Positions 1-13,291 of a stretch of DNA of 64,000 nucleotides are shown here, piece after piece (within the stretch, counting starts at the first letter, position 1; every line of letters starts with the position of its first letter). Below the pieces are notes generated by a model, which saw only the letters and a program-made list of their open reading frames with translations, had not been told where the DNA came from and ran no database searches. This stretch comes from Paramecium tetraurelia. Lineage: Eukaryota. The position numbers and the translations under genes are program-made. Where the stretch lies: contig CT868096.1 of the NCBI GenBank assembly GCA_000165425.1, forward strand, positions 702,601 through 766,600, written 5' to 3'.

Positions 1-504
1 GATTTGTTTGTAAAATACAAGGTGGATTTGTATTTGAGTGGTCATGTACATACCTATTAAAGAAACAAACCATATTATAAGAATAATATTGCAAAGTACA
101 AATAACAAGATAATATCATCTCGGAATACTAATATCCTGTATCGATAATTGAAGGAGTTGCAGGTACAGATTTTGGGAAATAAAATGAAACGTTTCCAGA
201 AGCAGCATTTATGGAGATTCAAAATCCAAATCATGGAATAGGAATAATTACAGTTAAAAACTCTACACATTTATATTATGAGCATATAACAGTTTCAGAT
301 AACAAAGTTATAGATGCTATATGGTTGGATCGTTCTATTGATACTACTAATACCTCAAATCATGATGGTTTTGAGATTGTTATGTGGGTAATCTTTTCTG
401 TTTTGCTGGTCCTTACTGGTGTTTCTATCTATTATAAGTCAAATTAAGGAAAGAAAAGTAAGAAGAAACTATTGGATGAGACAATAACTATGGTAGTCAG
501 TTGA
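1..504 (+). CDS. Purple acid phosphatase (metallophosphoesterase), 3' part, with C-terminal transmembrane anchor; 5' end outside window
   Basis: Frame 1 in ciliate code reads DLFVKYKVDLYLSGHVHTYQR (GHxH motif), then SIIEGVAG and GIGIITVKNSTHL. A hydrophobic helix IVMWVIFSVLLVLTGVSIYY follows; TGA at 502-504. Confidence 0.9.
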
Positions 505-515
505 ATTTTTATGTA

Positions 516-1888
516 ATGATTATTTTATTAAATATTCTTATATAATTCTAAGAAATTGAAGGAAGAATCTGCAATCCTTATGGTTTCCGATAGTCTTTGG
601 GACATTATTATTCAATTTTAAATTACTAATCAGACGTCCTTAGAATAACATTCAATTCCGAGGTAGGACATATTACTTAGAAAAATAGGGTCCTTGTAAA
701 TCTGCGTTCATTGTTCTTTTGGATAATTATACATTTTATGAATATGAAACCAATGTAATCTAAACAAATGGGATGTCATTTTGCAATACTTATCATTCCT
801 TCTCTCACACCTTCTAAATTGGGACCAAATATTTACAATAAAATAATCAAAGCAATTATTATGTCCAGGAAGGCAAATCTATATATGGTCCATTTATGAT
901 ATAGTAAGCAGGATTCTAGAATCCAAGTAGATTCATTGTGCTAGGTAACATGGATTCACAGTGGAAACTAAATAATTCTCAACATACATTTGAGTTCCTA
1001 GAAAATTCTGCTAAAATCTATGAATAGTTCGATGGAATTATTTATTTAGGAAGTATGGGTTTTAATTTAGAGGATGAGAATTGTTTGCAGGGTGATTATT
1101 TTCTAAAGAACATTTCGACATTTGCTTCTCATTACCCTTTTATGATTGCCCCAGGGAATTATGATGCAGGACAATCAAAAAAGTTTGTTTTTATAAAGTA
1201 ATAGTTTAAAATGCCTATTATTTCAGATTACAAACTTGATTTACTTGAATATTATAGTTTTGATGTTGGGTTTGCTCATTTCATTTAGTTCAATCCCTTC
1301 TAATAGATAGTTATGGATATTTAAGGATAGAAAATACTCGATCTACTTGATGAAGACTTAAGAAGAAATCAAAAGCCTTGGATTATAGTATTTACCCATT
1401 ATCCCTTGTAATGTTTTGGAATTTCTTAATGCCAGTTATTCACTAACAAATTATAAGAGTATATCAACATATTCAACAAGTATCAAGTGGATCTAGTATT
1501 GTCCTCATATGCCAATATTTATTAAAGATATATGCAAAGCAATCTCAACTCATTTATTCAAGTGATTGAAGGAATAAGTGGGAATGATATGAATTGGGAG
1601 AATGTCTACATGAATTCAGAGGAAATTGTATATTAATCTAAAGAGATAGGTTTTGGAGAATTGATAATTCATAATGAAACTCATCTCTTTTACTAGCACA
1701 AACTATCTAAGAATAATTAAAGCATTGATGAATTCTGGATTATTAAGTAGAATAGGGAAGAAATTTCACATTTTATCAGAATTACATTAATTTTAATTAT
1801 GATTACATTTATTTCGCAATTATTTGTAATATATAGATGTGTGAGAAGAGAAAAGTTATAAAGGTAATTTTAGATAGTAAGTGAATGA
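516..1888 (+). CDS. Purple acid phosphatase-like protein with degenerate metal ligands (probable pseudophosphatase), signal peptide and C-terminal TM
   Basis: ATG 516, one 26-nt intron (663-688), open to TGA 1886-1888. PAP motif order is kept but altered: VLGNMD, YLGSMGF, PGNYD, VFTHYP, VLSSYANIYQR. Confidence 0.85.
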
Positions 1889-1970
1889 GTAAATGATTAT
1901 TTATAAATGATATTTGATTTATAGTCTAACAGCTTAAAGGTTTTCATAATATGATATAAAATATGACAAA

Positions 1971-4000
1971 TCAAATTTCTCTTCCTTATTAAATAACTTC
2001 AATAAGTGTCAATAGATTATTCTTTTTAACAGCATTTCTACACATATTGGTGATGGCAATTTTAGCATTTCCAACTCTCAATTAACTGGCGTTGCTGATC
2101 ATGGCATTAACTTCTTTTAAGTTGTTCATTAAGATATCATTATTTTATTTCTTTTTATAGAGTTCACTCTAAATGGCTTTATTCTGAACCATCACATTAG
2201 CATACATTTTTTGCATAGTCCTAATATCGCCAATCATTCTAGAATCCTCAGCTTTAACAATATAAGATTTAACAAGATTCATGGCTTCAGCAACATCACC
2301 TGAAATTTATAATTTGGAAGATTTATGTTATTGGACAGCCTCAAGTACCTTTTTGAACTCTTGCATTTCAACAGGGAACTATCCGACTGTCATTAAATCT
2401 TGGATTTGGATGAAGTCACAAAGATCTTGAATGATGTCACCACAAGTGGCAATGGAATCACAACGGATAGTTACCTTTCCTTCCTTAGAATCAAACTATT
2501 ATATTGATAATCTAAATTTACGTGAATCTGTAATTTTTATTGATTAATAATATTAATAGTGTTGAATATGAACTCATTTGTAGATTCGAATTTTTTCTTG
2601 ACTTCCTCATTGATATTGAAACACTAGTCTATCCATTTAACATATCTGGGAACTCTTTCATTAATTTTGGCTTCAACAAATGATGATATCTTAAGATCTT
2701 ACTCAACATATTAGAAATTAGCAAACTTAGGAAAGGTGGGAGATGTTTCCAAAATCAAAAAGTAATTTCCATGAGGATTTGATGAAACAAACACTTTACA
2801 GTTTAAAATAACCTTCTAATTATCAACCAATTATTTCAGAGGTGCAAATAATTTATCTGAAGGTTGAGGATTATTAACTATGTATCCTTCCTTATAATAT
2901 GTGTCATGAAATATGATAGCCTAAGTGATATAATATCCAGGTTCTGATAGGATGAATACTAAATTTAAACATTAATTAGTGTAATTTTTCTAAAATCCAC
3001 ATCTTAGATCTAACCCAACAGGCATTTTATCTAATTACATTTATTACATCAATTCTTGTTTTTTTTAGGTTAACTCAGTGAGAATTCTACTTTAAGATAG
3101 ATTCAGATTGTCTGCATCCTTATCTACAACGGTGTATCCTCTGACATTGCCTTATTTGGATATTGCAATAATTTGATTAACTCCAACACCTCTTAGATCA
3201 GAATAAAGCATTCCACTCAATTATTCATCCAAATTTAACTTTTAAATCAATTAACCAGTCATCAAAGACCTTAATTCAATCTATCCATTTCTTCTCCCCA
3301 CAATGAAATGATTTTCATCATTGCAAATGAGTTTGAATATCTTTTCTTAATCTTCACTGTTGTGCCACAATTCCAATTATTATCGATGTAATTTAATAGA
3401 TCCATTTTCCATACCAGTCAGAAGATAAGTTTGATCGAAATAGATAATTCCAGCAAAAGAAACTGGTAAAGATTGAGTATTAAATTGGAATACTATGTCC
3501 ACTCCTCTTAAGAGTCTAACACAATTATCTGTTGTGCCAATAACAATATAATTCTCATTATCGAAACCGAAAACACATAATGCAGCAACCTCATCACTTG
3601 CCACATTCCAATAAATCTCCTCGCCCTATACATTGAATCCTTATAGACTGCAATTACCTCCCACGAATATTAACTCTTAAAGAGAATCGCCATTATAATA
3701 TTACCCAATTGCCAAGGTATTTATCCCATCTTGCACTTCAATAAAGCATTGATCAAAATTGTTCTCAACATCATGAACTGTCAACGTGTTCTCACTTGCC
3801 ATCACGAGACATTGGTTGATCACACCCAATGATTTGAATTCTCTTTTCACATTTAAGAAATTTGATGTATTATTCTGAAATAGTAAAATGCTTCCTATAG
3901 AAGTATATCCAATCAACGAAGTCGAGTCTCCAATTAGCTTACCTGATGTGGCCATTATGATATCATATTTAAGCGAAAAGTTGTAGGATTGGACAATCAT
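1971..4000 (-). CDS. BBS2: Bardet-Biedl syndrome 2 protein (BBSome subunit)
   Basis: IFVGGNCSLQGFNVQGEEIYWNVASDEV in the beta-propeller. C-terminal VTIRVDSIATCGDIIQDL and VKAEDSRMIGD..NASQLRVG are typical of BBS2. One ~26-nt intron near 2497-2522. Confidence 0.92.
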
Positions 4001-4185
4001 TACTCCTTTAGTAATTTATATTTATTGATATTTAATTATATACCCATACTAAACATTCCCTTTTTGTAGATCATATGATTATTATTTTCTATTATATTAC
4101 AAACGAAGAACTCCATCTCCTAATCCTAAGTTCAAACTCACATTTATACATTAATTATTTATACTCCTTGGATATATTAATATTA

Positions 4186-5842
4186 ATGGAAATCAGCAAT
4201 CGCCAAGACATCGAAAAATTGATAGCTTACAGCAAAAGTATTCAAGTTGGTCTCATCGAAGATGTATTTATCTGAGCTATCCCAGGATTTCAATGATCAA
4301 TACACTCCCCCTGAGAAACATGTCTATGAATCAGAAACACTTCCTGACATAAAATTAGAAGAATTCGAACCTAATCTAAATGAAGATGAAATGCTTAAAT
4401 TATTAAAACAGAATGTTCAATCTGCTAAAATGAAAGAAAGTGTGAGCAGTGAACATGATAGTCTCGACAGTTAAGATTCAATTGAAAGGAGATCCACTCC
4501 TCCAAAACGTAAATAATAATGAGTTGATCCTCAAATCCAAATCCAAATCCCTGTCTAGAAAAGCTAAACTACTGTAGACATGACAGAGTACAACAAAGTT
4601 CCTGAAGAAGTCTTGTAATTATTGGACGGAGCAAAAGAACGCAAATCAATGCTGGGTGCAGCCATTAAAAATACTAAAGGAACCAGCATGTTATTGCAAT
4701 CACAGGGAAAGCCTATTAAGATTTACTTTTTTAACACTCAATAACACATTCAACTCAATGTTACCAAAAGTACTACAGTCCTATAAGTTATTAGAATAAG
4801 CATAACTGAATATTATAAAAATAACAATTACGATTAGAGATTATTGAGATATCCTGATAATGTTGATGCTTACGAAATAAGATTTGTTGATGATGACTAT
4901 GAATTCAAAGCAGAAATGGCGTTTGGTGCTATTGATAAAAAAAAAGAAATCCTCTCAACTTAGACGAATGTTTTCTCTCTTATTGAAATAAGTAACTACA
5001 AATCACAAACTAATGATATGCAGATCTTAGAAAAAGTTAATCCAAATATGATCCTTGTTGATGTCTTGATTATTGACTAGAAACCTGAAAAGAATGTCAC
5101 TACAAAAATTTAATTAGATAAAAATTCTATTGTTCAAGATATATTCACTTAGATTAATAAAAAGAATAAATAAGTAAAATCTCATTAACTAACTAATAGA
5201 TCAATCAAATAGATTATATTATTCAATTAAATGATGATGACACTCTTTTAGATCTAGATTTAAGAATGCCAGTAGCTCAATTATAGAATAAAAAAGTTTA
5301 AATAAAATAAAAGACTTGGGCAGATTAGGCAGAACAATAATTCGTTAATAGTTAAAGAAGAGATACTATTACAGAACATGATGATTATGTTGATGCTCCC
5401 TTAAATCATATCCAAGCATTTAAATATGAAAAGTTTACAGTGGTTAAAATCAATGAAAGAGGAAAAAGATAGGATAGAATATTAGGAATTGACCAATTCA
5501 GAATTTATAATATGAACAAAAAGGAAAATTTAGGTATCTTCTCATCTAAGACTAATCTTAGGATTGTTTGAGAGGATTTTAAACAATAAAAACTCAGGTA
5601 CAAAGTTCCCATAGAGATTAATAGAAGATATTGTTGATATTCGGATTGCTCATTAATTTTTATACATTACTTTTAGATAAGAGAGTATTTTAATAATTTA
5701 TTTATTAGATGACTTCAAAGAATTGAAATTTGATACTTTAGATTCTAAAATTGCTTAAAAAATATACAAGAAGATTAATTTTATCCGAGACTTTTAGATA
5801 ACAACTTAAAAATATAGAGCTTCTATTTAAAAATTAGATTGA
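4186..5842 (+). CDS. SIN1: SIN1/Avo1/MAPKAP1-like TORC2 subunit (CRIM region plus C-terminal SIN1-type PH domain); contains an unresolved in-frame TGA at 4520-4522
   Basis: TTVLQVIRISITEY..AYEIRFVDDDYEFKAEMAFGAID (CRIM-like) and FKYEKFTVVKINERGKRQDRILGIDQFRIYN (SIN1 PH-like). Several 22-28 nt introns. Confidence 0.75.
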
Positions 5843-5888
5843 TATATAAAATATGATATATATTAATTTTATTTTTTCCTTGAAGACA

Positions 5889-8800
5889 TCACATCAATCC
5901 AAATCCTTCACAATTTTATAATGCTATTTGCAGTTTCATTATCATTTTATCAATTGAATCATACTATGGCAGTAATAATACATTAAAACAGGTATGAGCT
6001 GATGGCAATTATTCCGAATCTTAAGTAATATAAATCAACTTTACCTTCTCCATGTTTTTAAATTAAGAATTTTAATGATTTTAAACCACCTACAGGAATT
6101 CTATCAGAACCAGTGCAAAAAAACAAAAATCTTTTTTATTATTCTTCATTTAGTGTTCTTAAAAATGTCCAAAATTATCTAAGGTATAAACAATAAAGCT
6201 AACTTTATGTATTCAGAATTGTAATCGAACCCATCATACTCTGTTGAATCCTCTAATTCCTTAAGATTCAAGTTTTTTTATCCAACAATTAATTATTGTA
6301 ATTCGGAGCCTGAAAATAATTTAATTCCATTTCCCTCCACCACTCTCCAAAATCCTTATTTAAAAGAATTAAATGTTGTTTCAATTTACAGATTTAAATA
6401 ATAGTTAGTGCATAATCTTATATATTCATGCTTATTTTATTGTGTTACCATTATTTCAGTTCCATTAGGCTAAATATAAGTATAATAAATTATACAAGTA
6501 ATTCCACATTAATAATGTCATCCCGTATTGTTTCAGTAATAGTAAAATTCAAAGCAAATACATCCTCGATATTATCTTATTCATATTAAGCAAGAGCATT
6601 GAGTCCTTTATAAACTTCGAGATCTAATTCTTTTAAATCTTCAAGACAAGTGGGCTCATTCATCAATTTTTTAAAAATGACTTCTGGAAATTAGAGATCC
6701 AAACACACTAATTTATTTGATTTATACCTTAATTATATAATGCTAATCCTAGAATCATGCCAATCAACTCATATTTAAATGGCATTTCCATATTATTTTT
6801 ATTAAACCATAATATTGAGTTATTATTTTTGGGAACAAACATTCCAAAATTTATATCAAATAACTTTTATGTCAATAAAGAGAAGAATTCTCTTGCTAAC
6901 CCTCCTTAGTCGATACCTTGTTCTCCTTAAAATACAATTTAAAGTTAAGCCTTTAAGTTAATATCCTTTCTTGATAGGGATACTAAAGCACTAGTAACAA
7001 CATCATTACGATCAATCATCAATTATAAAAATGGTTAATAAAACATAAATGAATTTTGAAATTAGCTCTTTTAATTCATTTTAGAATCGATGGCTAGAAT
7101 TTCACTTTTGAATTCCAGAGGTATCACCCATGGATATTGACAAAAAGTAAAATAATATCTTTCTAAGTTTTATATACTATAACTATCGAATTAAATGTAT
7201 TCTAACTAATTACCATATTTTGGATACAATGTAGCAATTTCTGATATTTGAAATCTAGTTAGATTTAATAGTTTAAGAGTTTTATTAGAATTATAAAATA
7301 CCTATAAGAGTTCAAGCATTTGTTTAACAAATTGGATTTCTGTTTTTTTTAATAATGGTATATGTTTCTTTGATTGTTATTTTAAGTAATTTCCCATAAT
7401 TTCAATAATTGTTGAAGTATATCTGATGAAATATTCATCAGGCAATATTTTAAGATAATTTGATAAAAGATCCTTATCTTCTTTACTTAAAATTAGAAAC
7501 ACTTCTATAATTCTATTCCCTTCTTAATATAATAAATTATTGAAGCATTTAAAATGCATAATAATAATAATAGCTCTTACAAAATATATACTTTATTTGT
7601 AATTTGAAACCAAATTTTCCATCCATAGTTTAAGAGTTTTTGCATCTAATACATCATTCACCAATTAAATAGCTGATAAATTCAATTCAGGATTTGAATT
7701 TTTATAATTAATAACATCATAGCAATTATTAAAATTTAGAATAAAAGATGCTCCAAAACTATTTGGAAAAATGGACAACTCAGTTAAAGCAACAACTATA
7801 TTATCATTATCCTGTAATTATTGAATAGGTTTTAATTCATTAATCTAATTCCAACATACAGTTGTCCAATCTAAGTAATCCTACTTAAACTATTCAATTA
7901 AATAGTATTATAGAGTTTTCCTATCAAATTCAATTTAGGAAAATATCGGATTACTTTTGCAATAATTCCTATCACAAATAAATTTACCACATCCTTTTGA
8001 TGCTTTCTAGTAAATGTGTCTAAAATCCTCAGAACAAGAAATCTAAAATTTTCATGAATAATACTTTGATATCCAATTAATCATATTGCCATTTTCCATC
8101 TATTTAGATATCAATAATTATTAAATCTGCATTATAAGATCCAATAGTAAGATTTTCATTTAAAATTTCTCCATTGAAATGTCCCTAATGCTTCTCCAAC
8201 TATTTAATAGCATAATCAGCTTAAAAATGCTTATGTTTCCATAATCTAATCTATTCAACATTGACTTAAAATTCATTTTTAATTGCCAAGCACAATAGTT
8301 ATATCCATTATTTTATAATGCAATCTTAATCTACCTATAGAACTCCTCTTTGTGGGTTTAGTACATTAATATATACAGATTACTAATTTAATTATTAGTG
8401 TTACTCTTAATAAATTTACATTTAAAGAAGGAACACCTTGTTAATTGAAATATACATTTCTTGGTATAGTCATCCCAACACCATATTCAGTTCCCCAGAC
8501 ATCAATCATTAGTTTATTTACCTGAGATAATATTTATAATATCCTACCAAAATAAAATCTTCAGACTATAATTTTATAATTTATTAATTGAAGGAATTAT
8601 CTCTAGGGTATTTTAATAGAAAATTCTCTTTACTACACAAGTCGCAATTCAATGCTCCAGGCTAATTCATGAAATATCTTATACCTTCTCTCTCTTCTCG
8701 TTTGGCGCAATCCCTTATATATACTCAACGTAGTATTACCATTAGCGAAACCACTATTTGGAAACAACATATAATTGCTTACTACTATCCTTAATTGTTT

Positions 8801-8897
8801 TCAAACTCTAAGATGATATCAATATTACCTTACTTGTTTAATAATATAGAATTATTTCCTTTTAAAAAGGAGTTATCTCTTGCCTGATTTTATTCAT
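5889..8897 (-). CDS. HECT E3 ubiquitin ligase (UBE3A/E6AP-like) with N-terminal DUSP, UBL and AZUL-like domains
   Basis: HECT: FQGEQGIDQGGLAREFF, FCTGSDRIPVGGL, LPSAHTCFNVLLLP..CEGFGLM-stop. AZUL-like GCGKFICDRNYCKSNP. DUSP-like YVVSKQWFRQWQYYV..PGAL..EDFILV..YGVGMTIPR. I traced the frame continuously from the ATG into the HECT domain across short GT-AG introns. Confidence 0.88.
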
Positions 8898-8933
8898 TTT
8901 TGTATGTAGGTATTTTTATAATATGAATAATTA

Positions 8934-9906
8934 TCATTAAATTTTCTTTTTCTAAATCTCATCAAAACCATTAATCATATTATCTTAAAATTCATGCCTA
9001 AATGTTAATTCGCATGCCTTGAGAGGCTACCTTAAATTTTAATTAAAAATTTCAAGTAAATGTTAGGCCAATTCTTTTCTTAAGATTTTTTGCTATTCCC
9101 AAGTTTGATATTAGTTTTTAATTTTATTCAATTATTCAATGATTCTTTTGGCAATACCTATTGATTAATTTTGTTTTACTCTATAAATGAAATTTTATTT
9201 CCTATTCCTTCTCACTTTTCATCTATAACTCAAGTAAATCTAAATTAGAATTGAAAATTACCATAGTCTTGCTTTCTTTTTTCCAATGCCCCTTACAAAT
9301 CCTACACTGACTGTTTTAATTCTTAAATTTGGCTCTCTTAAACCTAAAATTTACTCCTCTATTATTCTATTATCTCTTATTAACTTTTCTTCAAATCCTA
9401 TTTTAGTAATATACATTTATACATGTAATTAATCTCTTTCTTCTTAAAGTTTTTCTATTTATTATTATTAATTCTGTAATTACTCCAAAAATTAGACATT
9501 TTCATTATTTATTTCTGATGTTTCCTTTTTTCTTTAAATAAGTTAATCAATTTAGTTTTGCAGGGATTTAATTTAATCTTTCTAATCGCTTTATAACTAT
9601 TAATCTTTTAAGAGATATTGGGATTATTTTTAAAGCAATTCTTCAGACTTTTACTCTTTTATATAAGTGTATTAATACAGTATAGTTAAAAGTCTTTGAA
9701 AAGTTACTGATAGTTAGCTTTTGTCTCATTTAATTCAGATTATAAAAAGGAAATTGTATTCATTAATTCCTAATTACATCAAAGATGATATGTTATATTA
9801 CCTAATCTTTTTAATTGGGTATTATGGAAGAACTGCTATTTTTACCATTAAAAATTGAGAAGTCCTGTGATTTTTCTATTATAAAAATGACATCTTTGGA
9901 ATCCAT
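8934..9906 (-). CDS. Hypothetical Q/E/K-rich coiled-coil protein
   Basis: ATG 9906, short GTA..TAG introns, coiled-coil-like composition, TGA 8934-8936; no family motif recognised. Confidence 0.6.
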
Positions 9907-10059
9907 TATTGATTATCAATTTTATTAAATATATATTCAATTGATTATTTTTAGAAAAGAAGTGGTCTCATATAATATAATTAAGTTAATTTGTGTATGT
10001 AAAATAATTACAAAATTGTATAAAAGAGCATTAACAAATATATGAATTATTCAGAGTCA

Positions 10060-10574
10060 TCAGTGAGATTTTCTGATTTTTTTTTAAATGCCAGGTTCGT
10101 TGATTCTTTATTTAAATTATCGTAGAAGTTCTTGTTCTTCTTCAGATAAAAAATTATCGTAGGAATAATCAAAATCATTATTTTAATCATTTGAATCATT
10201 CTGTTTCAACAAGTTTATCAGACTTTTGATTGACTCGATCGATTCATATTGAGACAATTAATGATCATAGAGTATTTTCAAATCTAATTTTGACAATGTG
10301 TGGTAAGCCTCATTTATTCGATGAAATTGATCTAATGCAAATGCTCGTTATTCTCTGTTTTTATCCTAAATTTAGTTAAATAGAATACAGGATGCCATCT
10401 CAAGGCCAATTTATGATATGCTTTCTTTATTTGCGGCTACTTTGCATCTCTCTTAACACCTAGGATATCATAGTGATTGCCAATCATTAATTTTTTTCTA
10501 ATTTTGCTTAAAGCTTCAAATTAATATTTATTATATAACAAAATTAACTTCTAGAATTTTCGAATTTATTTCAT
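10060..10574 (-). CDS. DnaJ (J-domain) protein
   Basis: [29 protein letters not shown][intron]DKN..FHRINEAYHTLS; the HPD motif is split by a 23-nt intron. Confidence 0.88.
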
Positions 10575-10698
10575 TAAAACATTATAGAAATTTTAAATCC
10601 AAAAAGAAACTCAAATAAACTTCTAAACACCATGAATTACAATTTGTTTCAATTTAGATAATATTAATTTGACAAATAAAACTAAATTAATAAACCCT

Positions 10699-12689
10699 TC
10701 ATTTCTGTATTTAATAATTCTAAACCAACTCATCCTAAGGTTCTGATTGTGACACATCTGTCTATTTTTTAGGGTGTATCTTTGAAACTATGTATTCAAT
10801 CAATAATGCCATAGTAACATTAAGAGTAAATAATACAACAACTATATAAAAACTAATAAAAAATATGTAAACTAAATCAGTATTAAATATTTTGGCATAA
10901 TTATAAGAAATTACATTCCAATTATTAATAATCAATAAAAACCAACATGTGCACATTCCAGATAAAAAATCGTTAAAGTTTGCTAATTCATAATGAACTT
11001 CATCCTCATCAGAATATAGGACTTTTCCTCCAAAAAGTAATTGTCCAAGGGCTGTATATAGCATAAATAGGATAAATAAAGTTCCAAACAATTACACTAT
11101 ATACTAAAAGATCGATGTTATTGAAATTATTAAATTGGTAAAACTATTACTCTTTAAAATCCATTTACATCCTCTCAATAATCTATAACATAATAAAATC
11201 AGTAACGCTCTGAATTAATTATATCCAAGTATGTTTAATATAATTAACAGAAGAATTGAAATTGAAAATAGAAATTCAACAATTAACGATTTCTTCTTCC
11301 AAATCCTACTTTTACCTACATAACATAATAGTAAGAGGCATTCCGCAAACATTATTGAATTGCAAACCAAAAGTATATATAATTTGACGTTAGTAATTTT
11401 GAAAAATATCACCACAAATGAAATTAAGGAAATGATTTCAATAAAAATTTCATAAAATTTATTATCTAAAATTTTGTATATCGATCTGGATATTACATTG
11501 TCATATTATGAAATGTCTGCTAATCTTGTGATATCAGACTCTGTTCTCTTTCGAAAAAATTTCTATGTTTAAAGACTAAATCTGTGATTGTACTTGGATA
11601 AAATTTACTTTGTTTCTTTTTGCATCAGATCTTTGTAAGATGAATAAAAGAAGGCCAACACTAAATTTATGATCAATGTAGTGTTTATGAATTAAAATAT
11701 GATAAAATATGCCACATTAGCCCTAGACTAACCATAATATGGTAAATAGATATCAGGCTAATTAACTGTTGTTTGAAGTACAAATAGAATAATTACAATG
11801 CATTTTTCTGGTTATGAAAAGGGAGGCTAATCTAATTAACATATACTGCTTTCAATTTGAGGGGTATTCTTATTCTTAAATATGGCTGATCCTAACCCAG
11901 TAAAAAATATTAGAGAAAATATCATCAAATAATAGATCTCTTTTCCTTTGTTAAGTATTTAACAATAATGAAATATCGTGGAACGTAATGTTTATCTATC
12001 TCTATAGTGATTATTAGATACTTTTAAAGTATTATAAATATTGATTTCATTAATAAACTGATATTGAAGGGAAAGTTATTTTCTAGTATCATTACTGTGA
12101 TGTCATTAAAAATGATCAACAACATAATCATGAATTAAACCATTGCGATTCTTTTGCGATGTCGTGACTAGATTATTGTGGCTTTGAACACCTAAATATA
12201 ATCTCTTACAATACTTTGCTCAAACAAAGATATAAAACGATCATTATTTCAATGCAATAATATAAGTTTACGGGAAGATAAAAATCTACTATTTTTGGAA
12301 TCCTTTATCCATTATATATGCTGCAGTATTCCTAAAATATCATAGCTTTTACTTAATAGTCAACAAAATTGCACCAAGTCGGACGCTAAAAGACTGTAAT
12401 TATTAAATATATGTAAAAAAAAACAGTTCTTATAATTTTGTGGTTTTTGTAATTTTTCATCAGCCTCACAGATTTAGAGTTTTGCATATACGAGGCCCTA
12501 TCTTATAATTTAGTATAAATGTACTTTCTATACGATTACTAAGCCGATTTAATGCATAGAACGAAGCAAAGTTATTTGAATCATTAGATTGATCAATATA
12601 ATGGAGATCCAGAACCTTACTTGTATTTAAATATGATTCTTTGATCTCATCGAGAGATTTAGCATAATCCTAAGACTTTAATGCATCAT
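10699..12689 (-). CDS. Two-pore channel (TPC family cation channel)
   Basis: Two pore modules: LFVLQTTVNQPDIYLPYY..YFIIF..INLVLAFFY and ANFNDFLSGMCTCWFLLIINNWNVI..FFISFYIVVVLFTLNV. Confidence 0.82.
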
Positions 12690-13291
12690 TATTTAAATTC
12701 ATATAAAATTAATAAGAATTAGTTAAAACCCATTCATAATATTAACATCAATAGGAAAATTTAGATTAGATAAATCATTTATAGAAAATAAATAAATAAT
12801 TAATCAATATAAATAATTTATATGTTAATTCATAATAAATGCAACTTAGCATATATTATGAAAATAAATGATCAATTATTTTAGGAACTTTGTTTGATGA
12901 TGTCAATTTTTACAAATTTTCACTCATCATCATTCTACCTATTCAATTGTAGTCATCTATAGTCCATATTAAGAGATATTTGCCAACTTAAACGGTTATT
13001 GAAAGTCAAAGAAGTATTATACATCATCAAATAACAGTAAAGAAATCATTCAATATTATGTCCATATTTATTATTTAATAAATTGGAAAGGCCTTTTTGA
13101 TTATAACTATGAAACAATTATATATAAATATTCTAATAAAATCTCTGAATATAATAAGATTCTTATTGCATATACTGTTTTTCATTTCCATAAACTTTAA
13201 GATGAAAGAGAATTAATTTGAGTGTTTATTACTAATAATTGTTCTTTATTATAATATTTTATATTAATTTTATTATTATTATTAAGTTTTA

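Noticed and set aside
4001..4010. AAGGAG just upstream of the BBS2 ATG (Shine-Dalgarno-like)
   Set aside because: Eukaryotic intron-containing gene; coincidental.
4531..4551. (CAAATC)3 short tandem repeat
   Set aside because: Three copies only, reads QIQIQI in the SIN1 frame; not a telomere or CRISPR repeat.
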